DNA from: Candidatus Nitrospira inopinata
GTDB lineage: Bacteria; Nitrospirota; Nitrospiria; Nitrospirales; Nitrospiraceae
Length of the DNA: 32,000 nt
Assembly: GCF_001458695.1 (NCBI RefSeq)
Contig: NZ_LN885086.1
Location: forward strand, 420,001-452,000
Direction of reading: 5' to 3'
Shown: piece after piece, positions 9,049-16,446 of the stretch
Layout: every line of letters starts with the position of its first letter
How positions within the stretch are numbered: position 1 is the stretch's first letter
Program-made: the position numbers and the translations under genes
Notes under the pieces: generated by a model
The model's database searches: none
Seen by the model: the letters and a program-made list of their open reading frames with translations, nothing else
Told to the model about the DNA's origin: nothing

Positions 9049-9603
9049 TTACCCTCGCTTGTCGAAGTACTCATCGTAACGATGGACGAAATCCTTCTCA
9101 GCCAGGGGCTTGTGGCACACACGGCAATTGTTGAAATCTTCTGCCAATGGCTTTCCATCCGCACTGAACGCACCAAAAACCCAATTGCCGGTTTTGAAGC
9201 CGTCGTGCACGTCCTGCCCCCACCCATCGCCTTTTGCCATCACGAAGATCTTCGCCAACCCGTCTTTGACCAAGCGACCGTCCGGCCCTGTGACCGGCGT
9301 CTCTCCCTCCATCTTGACCTTATGCAGCTCCATGACCATGATTGTGCCAGAAGGGAAGAACTGTCCCCTCGCTGTTCTGCTCCCCACCTGATTGATAAAC
9401 AACTCGCGCACCTGCTTCACATCAGGACGCTGAACCGATGAAAGAAATTTGGGCCAGTTTTGATAACCGGTCGGGAACGGAATCTCTCCGTCTTTGAGCA
9501 CGCGAGAACTTGACGGCTGAGGAGCGCCCGTCATGTCCGCACAGCCACCCGTTATTCCCGCGACGAGCACTCCCATCAAAACAAGACAGCGTTTCGTCAT
9601 CAT
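9049..9603 (-). CDS. Cytochrome P460-family (P460 / c'-beta type) haem lipoprotein
   Basis: AGGAGG RBS. Lipobox ITGGC. A single C-terminal haem motif, CRVCH, is followed by KDFVH. Blocks GEIPFPTGYQNW, FPSGTIMVMEL and GNWVFGAF are collinear with my recollection of Nitrosomonas cytochrome P460. Confidence 0.7.
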   Translation of the reverse strand: MMTKRCLVLMGVLVAGITGGCADMTGAPQPSSSRVLKDGEIPFPTGYQNWPKFLSSVQRPDVKQVRELFINQVGSRTARGQFFPSGTIMVMELHKVKMEGETPVTGPDGRLVKDGLAKIFVMAKGDGWGQDVHDGFKTGNWVFGAFSADGKPLAEDFNNCRVCHKPLAEKDFVHRYDEYFDKRG

Positions 9604-9940
9604 CGACCCCTCCTGCGCTTGCGATCACGGGTACTTAGCAGGTTTTCCAATCGCGGGCTACCGACGCCTGCCAATGGAGTCTCCGGATGCAACAGATTTT
9701 TTGCGGCCATTGATGAAGGCAGAGTTGAGAAACAGGGTGGATCTAAACGGATCTAATCGTCGCAAAGAGAAGCCCGGCCTGCACCGCGACCGAGCCAGAT
9801 CGGCTTCTTAAAAAAGACCGCGCGCACTTCATTGAAGTGGAAAGACAAACCGGCTGCCTACACATTGTTTCACCACTGAGAACGTGACCGTGATGCGGGG
9901 GAAGGCTTGATGTAGAGGGACTCAACTCATTTTCTTGCCG

Positions 9941-10324
9941 TCACCGTTTGGCATGGAGGGCCAGATACCGGAAAATGGCTTCGCGATCCTGATCGGTCAG
10001 CGGTGGGAGTCCTTTTTCGCGCATTAACCCTTCCATGCGCGCGACCTCTTTTTTCCACTCTTCGATCGTCCGGAATCTGGGATCCGGCACTCCGTGCGTG
10101 ACGCCGTGATCGCCGAACGGCTGGAGATGGCAGGCTGAACACCGTTGCGCGAAGATTCGCCCATCGGGGGTATCCAGGCCGGGGATACCGGTCCAGGCCC
10201 CACCGCAGCTAGCTAAGAACGGGAGGGCAAGCAGCCCGATCAGGCATCCGCCCCAGTGGCAGAAAGATTGCCACCGTTTCAGTTGAAACTTCATAAGACC
10301 GTCTCGAGCGCAACCACTGGCCAT
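9941..10324 (-). CDS. Small mono-haem c-type cytochrome, probable lipoprotein
   Basis: One CxxCH motif (CSACH) and a lipobox-like LASCGG after a hydrophobic segment. The start is either 10324 or the internal ATG at 10294 (MKFQLKRW…). Confidence 0.65.
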   Translation of the reverse strand: MASGCARDGLMKFQLKRWQSFCHWGGCLIGLLALPFLASCGGAWTGIPGLDTPDGRIFAQRCSACHLQPFGDHGVTHGVPDPRFRTIEEWKKEVARMEGLMREKGLPPLTDQDREAIFRYLALHAKR

Positions 10325-10351
10325 CGTCGGCCCACTCCACTATCCAGCGAA

Positions 10352-11488
10352 TCAATGGGCACGAATGGCCGCGGCTCTGCCTGCGATCAATCTGGCTTGC
10401 AGCGGCTGGCCGATGTCTCTCAACAACGACGCATACCGATCCAATGTCACGGCCAACATCGGATGCTCGCGACCCATGGTTTTCTGCTGGATGACCAGCG
10501 CCCGTTCGTACCGAAGCTTCGCCTCGTCAACGAATCCCCGCTCGTGAAGCAGCCAGGCCCAATTGGCCAAAATTCTTCCTGTGAGCGGGGCGTCTGAGCC
10601 CGACGTCGCCTCACTGACGGCCAATGCCTCACGATAGTATCGGTCCGCCAGTTCCGGCAGCCCTTGGGCATGGTGCAAATTGGCGGCGTTGTTGAGCGAA
10701 ATCGCAACGGCGGGATGGCGGTCGCCGAAACGGGCCCGCCGCAGGGCCACGGCTTCTTCATACAGCGGCTCGGCATAAGCGTAGAGACCCTTCTCTTTGT
10801 ATAGAGCCGCCAGGTTGTTTAGGAGCGGGGCCTGGTTCATGGCCGCGTCCTGCTCGGCTCCTTGGAGAATAGATATCCCCAGATGAAAGAGCGCTTCCGC
10901 TTCGATAAACCGCCCCTGTTTCCGATACAGGCCGGCCAGATTGTTGTATCCGATCGCCATATCGGGATGCCCGCGGCCGAGATTTCGCTCGCCGATCTCA
11001 AGGGACCGGAGATATGCCCGCTCGGCACGTTCGAAATCTCCTTCTTCCTGATAAATCTCCGCCAGATTGTGGAGAGTGGACGCCGCCTCCGGATGATCCA
11101 ATCCGTGCGTGCGCTCCCAGATTTCCAACGCCTGCTCATAGTACGGCTTCGCCCGGTCGTACCGTCCTTCTTCTTGTAAGACCAGACCCAACTGGTTCAG
11201 CGTCGCGGCCGTTCGCGCGTCGTTCGGTCCGGCCCGTTCCAACTCACGACCGGCCAATAACAAGAGCCTCTCCGCCTCTCGATACTGAGCCTGTTCTCGC
11301 GCGGCAATCGCCGTATTGAGCAGTGCCTCCCAGTTTTCCGCCTCGTCGGCAAGAACCGGCTCGGCAAGAACCGGCAAGCAAGCAATTGCCGCCAGGATGA
11401 CGATCGTAACGCCCGCGTTCCGCAGACACTCTGTCATCATCATCCAAGGCGAACCAGTTCCTCGACTCATGCCTCTTCCCCTTCCCAT
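10352..11488 (-). CDS. Exported tetratricopeptide-repeat protein (TPR_12 / kinesin-light-chain-like repeats)
   Basis: About seven repeats of the pattern A..LNNLA.LY..QGRY.EAE.LY.RAL. N-terminal hydrophobic signal (VTIVILAAIACLPVLA). The start is ambiguous, with several in-frame ATGs between 11488 and 11437. Confidence 0.8.
   Translation of the reverse strand: MGRGRGMSRGTGSPWMMMTECLRNAGVTIVILAAIACLPVLAEPVLADEAENWEALLNTAIAAREQAQYREAERLLLLAGRELERAGPNDARTAATLNQLGLVLQEEGRYDRAKPYYEQALEIWERTHGLDHPEAASTLHNLAEIYQEEGDFERAERAYLRSLEIGERNLGRGHPDMAIGYNNLAGLYRKQGRFIEAEALFHLGISILQGAEQDAAMNQAPLLNNLAALYKEKGLYAYAEPLYEEAVALRRARFGDRHPAVAISLNNAANLHHAQGLPELADRYYREALAVSEATSGSDAPLTGRILANWAWLLHERGFVDEAKLRYERALVIQQKTMGREHPMLAVTLDRYASLLRDIGQPLQARLIAGRAAAIRAH
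11346..11375. repeat. Perfect 15-bp tandem duplication, in frame, inside the TPR gene
   Basis: tcggcaagaaccggc occurs twice (11346-11360 and 11361-11375). On the coding strand it encodes PVLAE-PVLAD at the predicted signal-peptide/mature junction. Confidence 0.9.
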
Positions 11489-11682
11489 GTTCCCCGATCT
11501 TGTTCGGTGATCTTCGGGATCACTCCCTTCATGACTCCGCGCGCTACCGATGCAGGAAGCCGCCGGTTGCTTCTTTGTAGATGTTTCCCACGGGGACTGC
11601 TACCGATCCTTGCAACCGATGCCGACGCTTGCACGCGATTTTTTGAGTGATCAACGGCGCCGGCCTTCCCCGGAGAAAGGCC

Positions 11683-13200
11683 TTACCATCTGGGCGTCGC
11701 TTGGTTGTTGTTTCTCACAAGGCCGTAATAGTACACCGTGACCATTTTGGGATTTCTGCCAACTCGAAACGTGGACGTGATTCGGCCACTGTTCGGATCG
11801 ATCAGTGAAACCGTGCCATTCACCCCCGACGTGGCATTGGTGACGACGACGCCCCTGGCCGAGCCGGCCCCGGCCGGTCCCGTGATCCAGAGATCCATGG
11901 CATGACTGGTCGCTAGCGGCAACGAGACTTCCCGCGCCACGTTGAGGGGATTTCGGTTGAGGATAACCAGCAGGTCTTTCCGCTGATTGGCAGCCTGCGC
12001 GACGGTCAGACCCGCCGAGTCGTTGGACGCCAACAGGTAAAGCTGACGGCCATCCGGAGTAAACTGAAACTGCGCGACACGGACGTCTTGTAAAACCGGA
12101 GCCGGAATATCCGTAAGCGTAAGCCCCCCGGACACCGTTACGTCAACGGAAGCAAACCGCGTGACGACATGATCGGAATCGGACCGGTCTTCGATGATCA
12201 CCAGCAACTCGCGGCCGTCGGGGGCCATGCCGACGTGCGAGATCGACTGCGAACCGGAGATGTGGACCTGAACCGATTTAGAAACTGGAGGGTTTTCGGT
12301 CGGATTAATCTCGATAATCTCAGACGGAGCACGGCCAGAGAGATAGGCATAAGCCTTGTCTGTCGCCTGTGACCAGAACAATCCTGTCGGCGCCGCATTA
12401 CAGTTTACAGTCGACGGCATGGCAAACTGTCTATTGCACAGATCAATCACCATAGGCAGCTCACTCCATGCCGTTCCCCCTCCGGCGATCGGAAGTCCAA
12501 GCAATACGCTGACAATCCCCGTCGTCTTGCTTGCAACAAACACAGAGCGCTGGCTCGGCGGAAGGGCAAATACCACAAAAAACTCCCCTTTCCCCGAAAG
12601 ACACACCCTCGACGTGATGCGAGGCTGTTCCCCTCCTCCAACCCCCAGATGCGAATTGTGCAGGATCGACACCGAGCCTCCATTGGTGCAGCCGGCAAGC
12701 CTGTCGATGCCGTCAGGATCGCCTTCGTTCGTCGTCCATAGTACTTCTCTGTCCACTGGATCTCGATAGATCTTCGTCGGTCGTCGGCCGACGCGCAGAT
12801 GCCCGGTCGTATCGGCCGGATTTGTCGTGATGAAATTCTCAAGAATCGGGGGCGATCCTCCGATTGGATCGATCGCCGCCACCCGATCGCCGGCCGTGTG
12901 GGTCGCGAACACCCATTCGCCCAGAGAAAACGTGACACCACCAATGGCATCGGGTTGAACCGGACCGAGCGACAAGGTACCAATGACAGGAGAAAATTTG
13001 CCGTCCAAGCGCAGCGTGGTCAGCGTCGTATCGTCTTGATTGACGACGAAGGCCATCGGCGTCGTGAGCGGGCTGTTCGGCTCCGGATCGTCTCCTCCGG
13101 TTCCACAGCCGGCAAACAATAAAACTATCACGCACGCCGACTGCCAGCCACACAGACGGAAAGGGCCGCTTCGTGCGCCTACTTGTTTCCCGTGTTTCAT
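11683..13200 (-). CDS. Beta-propeller lipoprotein (YVTN/YncE-like repeats)
   Basis: The ORF runs 11683..13242. ATG 13200 is preferred because GAGGAG lies 9 nt upstream. Lipobox LFAGC. Recurrent strand motifs typical of YVTN-type blades: FVVNQDDTTLTTLRLD, VVTNATSGVNGTVSLIDPNSGRI, VGRNPKMV. Confidence 0.6.
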   Translation of the reverse strand: MKHGKQVGARSGPFRLCGWQSACVIVLLFAGCGTGGDDPEPNSPLTTPMAFVVNQDDTTLTTLRLDGKFSPVIGTLSLGPVQPDAIGGVTFSLGEWVFATHTAGDRVAAIDPIGGSPPILENFITTNPADTTGHLRVGRRPTKIYRDPVDREVLWTTNEGDPDGIDRLAGCTNGGSVSILHNSHLGVGGGEQPRITSRVCLSGKGEFFVVFALPPSQRSVFVASKTTGIVSVLLGLPIAGGGTAWSELPMVIDLCNRQFAMPSTVNCNAAPTGLFWSQATDKAYAYLSGRAPSEIIEINPTENPPVSKSVQVHISGSQSISHVGMAPDGRELLVIIEDRSDSDHVVTRFASVDVTVSGGLTLTDIPAPVLQDVRVAQFQFTPDGRQLYLLASNDSAGLTVAQAANQRKDLLVILNRNPLNVAREVSLPLATSHAMDLWITGPAGAGSARGVVVTNATSGVNGTVSLIDPNSGRITSTFRVGRNPKMVTVYYYGLVRNNNQATPRW

Positions 13201-13242
13201 GATGCATGCTCCTCGAGCAACGGCATTGCCCATGTCCGGCAC

Positions 13243-14346
13243 CTATTGAGAAAACAGCGGGGGCGTTGCGAACGATTTGGTCACTCCCCCAAGGAAACTC
13301 GTTTCTTGCTGTAGATTCCCATTGAAATCTCGATAGATCGGAATCTGCGCGATGAAATAAATCTGCCCGAAATCGAAAGCGTTTAGGACCACCCCGGTTG
13401 AAAACGCCACAAAGGTATGGTCGGTTGTTGGAACCGACCGGCCGATCACGTTGGCATCCAGCAATTCGAGGCGGTTGATCGGATCGGTAGGATTAAACCG
13501 ATACAGCGCCGCCTCGATGTTGTCCCGATCCTTGTAGCGGAAATTAATCTGGTTGGTCAGCACAAGCCAGGGAAATGTCACCAGATTGAGACCCGCGCTG
13601 ACGGTAAATTCCTGCCCGAATCGATACCCGTCCGAGTTCCGCATCGTGTACCGATAGTTGCCAGACAGGAATTGGTTCAGGCGGTGGGGCAAAATTTCGT
13701 AGGTTTGGTAGAAACCCGGCTGAAAGCCGAATGCTCCCCTCCCGACTTGAAGTGTCGATTCAGCGAGCTGCCCGGTCACAGCCTCGTGACCATAGTCTCC
13801 AATGGGAAACCAGATCCCCATTTCCAAGACGACCATGCTGCGCAGGGTCGGAAGCACGTTGTACTTGACCTTGCCCAGAATGTCTCCAAACCCACGGTCG
13901 AACGTATTGGAGACCGCGCCCGTGCCGATCTGTCCGACGGCATCGATCATTCGGTAGGGGATTTGCACCTGAAGGCCGATCCGTTCGGTCAGTCCATAAT
14001 TCAGATCCAATGCCCCTATTTGCACCAGCGTGCGAAGCTGACTGACTTGGCTGTTGGCCAAAATCAGTTGCTTAGTCTGTTGGTTGGCGAACGGAATGGT
14101 GCTCACACCCTCGGGCGGAATGCCGTTCGGGGTATGGGTGAAATTCACGTTTACCGTCAAAACACCGGCCGGCGAGACCGCCTGTTGCGAACTGATCACC
14201 ACGAAGCAACTCGCCGATCCGCAGGACGCTTCCGCCGCTTGTTCGGAAAGACTCGCACCTTGCGCCAACAGCAGCAATAGGCAAACTAGACGTCGGACCT
14301 TCACCAATCTGCGTCTCCCGTGACAATCGTGACGGCTCATTTTCAA
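13243..14346 (-). CDS. Putative outer-membrane beta-barrel protein
   Basis: Signal-like N-terminus (RRLVCLLLLLAQGAS). The body has alternating, aromatic-rich strands and many G/N/Y/F turns. The stop abuts the downstream propeller gene. Any resemblance to MetA/phenol-degradation-type barrels is only an impression. The start is uncertain: TTG 14346, ATG 14340, or further in. Confidence 0.45.
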   Translation of the reverse strand: MKMSRHDCHGRRRLVKVRRLVCLLLLLAQGASLSEQAAEASCGSASCFVVISSQQAVSPAGVLTVNVNFTHTPNGIPPEGVSTIPFANQQTKQLILANSQVSQLRTLVQIGALDLNYGLTERIGLQVQIPYRMIDAVGQIGTGAVSNTFDRGFGDILGKVKYNVLPTLRSMVVLEMGIWFPIGDYGHEAVTGQLAESTLQVGRGAFGFQPGFYQTYEILPHRLNQFLSGNYRYTMRNSDGYRFGQEFTVSAGLNLVTFPWLVLTNQINFRYKDRDNIEAALYRFNPTDPINRLELLDANVIGRSVPTTDHTFVAFSTGVVLNAFDFGQIYFIAQIPIYRDFNGNLQQETSFLGGVTKSFATPPLFSQ

Positions 14347-14371
14347 TACGTTTCGTCGTTTATTACGGATA

Positions 14372-14695
14372 TTACGAAGCCGTGGTCGCTCGCCGTCGCG
14401 AGCCGGCCGCCTCGGCGAGCATGCGCTTGCGCCCTCTGGCTCCTGAGATCGACACGACGGGAGCCTGCCCCCTCTGCGTAACCCCTGCTGGAATCGGCGC
14501 TCCGACGTAATGCCGGCTGATTAAGGCAGCTACCGTATCGCTAAAAATTCGCAGGGTGCCGGCCCCGATTCGCGTACCGCCGAGTTGCCCGGCCTCGACC
14601 CACCGATAGATCGTCCAACGACTCACACTCAACAGTCTGGCTGCTTCATCGACCCGCAACAACCGCTTACTCTGCAATGAGAGAAAGTCTTCCAT
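14372..14695 (-). CDS. Excisionase-family (MerR-like HTH_17) DNA-binding protein
   Basis: The ORF runs 14372..14851. I start at ATG 14695 because AAGGAGG lies 8 nt upstream. HTH block LLRVDEAARLLSVSRWTIYRWVEAGQLGGTRIG. It lies 25 nt upstream of the barrel gene on the same strand. Confidence 0.7.
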   Translation of the reverse strand: MEDFLSLQSKRLLRVDEAARLLSVSRWTIYRWVEAGQLGGTRIGAGTLRIFSDTVAALISRHYVGAPIPAGVTQRGQAPVVSISGARGRKRMLAEAAGSRRRATTAS

Positions 14696-14916
14696 GATAA
14701 ACGCACCTCCTTGCTTCTCACACGTGTTAGCGACCGTCTCCAAGGTAGCCTCGACCATTCCCCATCTCCATGACGAAGCCGTCACGGCCGTGGAAGTCAG
14801 GCCACCCCGCTTATTTTTTATTGACGCGAATCCCGATCGCCGCCGGTGCAACGAATCGGCATCTTGCTTTCAAGAGCAATACACGCCCCTGAGCACCGGG
14901 ATTGAATAGGGAGAAG

Positions 14917-15219
14917 TTAGAAAGAAAAGGGAGGGCCGCGAGAGAACAGCCTCAATCGCTTGAGGTCATCGATTTGGCTGTCAGACTCGACGCGCTGGAT
15001 GGCTATGAAAGAAAAAACTGGAGCGAAAACGGAATCACTTACCTCATACCCTTGCCCTACGCCACAAAACCATGCACACAACGGAGATGAATGGGTCGCC
15101 GCCTTATGATGACTATGCTGGACCTCATGGCCGACGGCCGACGGCGCCGCGAGAATGGGCACCAACAACAGGCACGCCACAAGGGGCAGGACGAGCATCT
15201 GTCGATTCAAACGAGTCAT
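14917..15219 (-). CDS. Small exported His/Cys-rich protein, paralog 1
   Basis: Signal peptide (LVLPLVACLLLVPILAAPSA). His cluster HEVQHSHHKAATH. Motif LCAWFCGVGQGYEVS. The C-terminal end is SRGPPFSF. It starts 6 nt after the TlpA stop. It is a clear paralog of 15934..16254. Confidence 0.65.
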   Translation of the reverse strand: MTRLNRQMLVLPLVACLLLVPILAAPSAVGHEVQHSHHKAATHSSPLCAWFCGVGQGYEVSDSVFAPVFSFIAIQRVESDSQIDDLKRLRLFSRGPPFSF

Positions 15220-15225
15220 GTCGCC

Positions 15226-15798
15226 TTACCGGGCCAACGCCGCTTGATCGGATTTCCCGCCTTGAATTCGATGAAACGTCTGCGCGATCTTCTCTTCCGT
15301 CAGCAGTCCGCCCTTGACGTATTCTTGCACCACGCCTTTTTCGTCGATAAAGACGCTGACCGGCAACCCGAACACGCCGAATTGATTGGCCACCTTATTG
15401 TCCCGATCCATCAAGACCGGAAATGTGTGTCCATACTGCTTGATGTGCTCGCGCACTTTGGCTTCGTCTTCTAACTCATTGACCGCGAGCACCACAAACC
15501 CTTTGTCCTTGAGCTTGTCGTAAGCCGTTTGCATCGCGGGCATTTCCGTCGTGCAGGGCTTGCACCAGGTGGCCCAGAAGTTCACAAGGACGACCTTGCC
15601 GCGATACTGACTGAGACTTTGCTGTTTTCCTTCAAGATCGATGAGTCGAAAATCCTCCGCCGGAGTCCCCACCGCCGGCACACGCGAACCCATCGCCCAC
15701 ACCAAGTGGGTTGAGAACATCAGCAGCAGAGAGAGGGCAAGCCATGCTCCCCGTTTTAGGTTGATCAATCGCAAGGGCGACCATTCTTCTCGATTCAT
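15226..15798 (-). CDS. TlpA/ResA-family periplasmic thiol:disulfide oxidoreductase
   Basis: N-terminal membrane anchor or signal, then a thioredoxin-fold block GKVVLVNFWATWCKPCTTEMP with the WCxPC active site, and a GLPVSVFID block. Confidence 0.85.
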   Translation of the reverse strand: MNREEWSPLRLINLKRGAWLALSLLLMFSTHLVWAMGSRVPAVGTPAEDFRLIDLEGKQQSLSQYRGKVVLVNFWATWCKPCTTEMPAMQTAYDKLKDKGFVVLAVNELEDEAKVREHIKQYGHTFPVLMDRDNKVANQFGVFGLPVSVFIDEKGVVQEYVKGGLLTEEKIAQTFHRIQGGKSDQAALAR

Positions 15799-15933
15799 CC
15801 TGAAACCTTATGGGTTACCCATCGCTTGAAAAGATTGATTCCGCTCTCGTCGCCATGCCTTGCGACTAAAGAACCTGGCCCCTAGAAAATTTCTTCGCAA
15901 AACCGTCTGGAAACAGACTGCCCGAAGCGAAAC

Positions 15934-16254
15934 TCAGGAAACGGGAGGGCCTCGCGCTACTATGACGTAGGAATGGATGATGGAAGCTTGCTCGCCTACC
16001 CGATGCTCAATCCATTCGGACGGGAATTCTTCCCAAAGTCGCGGAGCAACCGAGACTTCCCACCCCTGTCCGGCAACGCATGACCAAGCACAGAGTACAG
16101 TGTTGTGATGAGAGGACGGTTGATGATGGGAGCGATGATCAAAATCGTGCGACACCGACTGCCCGATTGCCAGCCCGCCGACCGACAACACGCAGCCAAC
16201 AACAAGGATCGAAAGAACTCTCACAACACCGCGATTCATCATGACGGCTCGCAC
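15934..16254 (-). CDS. Small exported His/Cys-rich protein, paralog 2
   Basis: Signal peptide (VRVLSILVVGCVLSVGGLAIG). His cluster HDFDHRSHHQPSSHH. Motif LCAWSCVAGQGWEVS. The C-terminal end is ARGPPVS. The start is GTG 16254 or ATG 16242/16239. Confidence 0.65.
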   Translation of the reverse strand: MRAVMMNRGVVRVLSILVVGCVLSVGGLAIGQSVSHDFDHRSHHQPSSHHNTVLCAWSCVAGQGWEVSVAPRLWEEFPSEWIEHRVGEQASIIHSYVIVARGPPVS

Positions 16255-16446
16255 GTGTTTTCTCGCGAGAGCGATGCTAATAGACTGATTGATGATTTGT
16301 CAAGACAGTCCAGAGCGACAATTATCTTATTATCTATCGCCTCCTAATCCATCCCTCAGGCTTACTTATAGGATTCGTCGGACGGATGCGGTATACTGCA
16401 CCGGTTTGTCGTTTTTATTTTTACGGACTATTGACGATTCGGCATC

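Noticed and set aside
13417-14280. 287-aa plus-strand ORF opposite the putative OM barrel gene. Similar internal or antisense ORFs occur at 4824..5582, 20045..20953, 20583..21272, 16989..17777 and 10447..10776.
   Set aside because: These are shadow or out-of-frame ORFs within better-supported genes. Their Arg/Pro/Gly-rich composition is typical of wrong-frame translation of GC-rich DNA.
14372-14695. Excisionase-family HTH as a marker of a prophage or genomic island
   Set aside because: There is no integrase, att-like repeat, tRNA, phage gene or compositional break nearby. Small HTH_17 proteins also act as ordinary regulators.
14917-16254. The His/Cys-rich mini-proteins as the missing substrates of the MNIO enzyme at 24267..25820
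   Set aside because: The idea is attractive because bufferin-type MNIO substrates also carry Sec signal peptides. However, the loci are 8 kb apart and separated by secA, an ABC exporter and other genes. They have their own TlpA partner. Nothing in the sequence links them, so this remains only a long-shot test.
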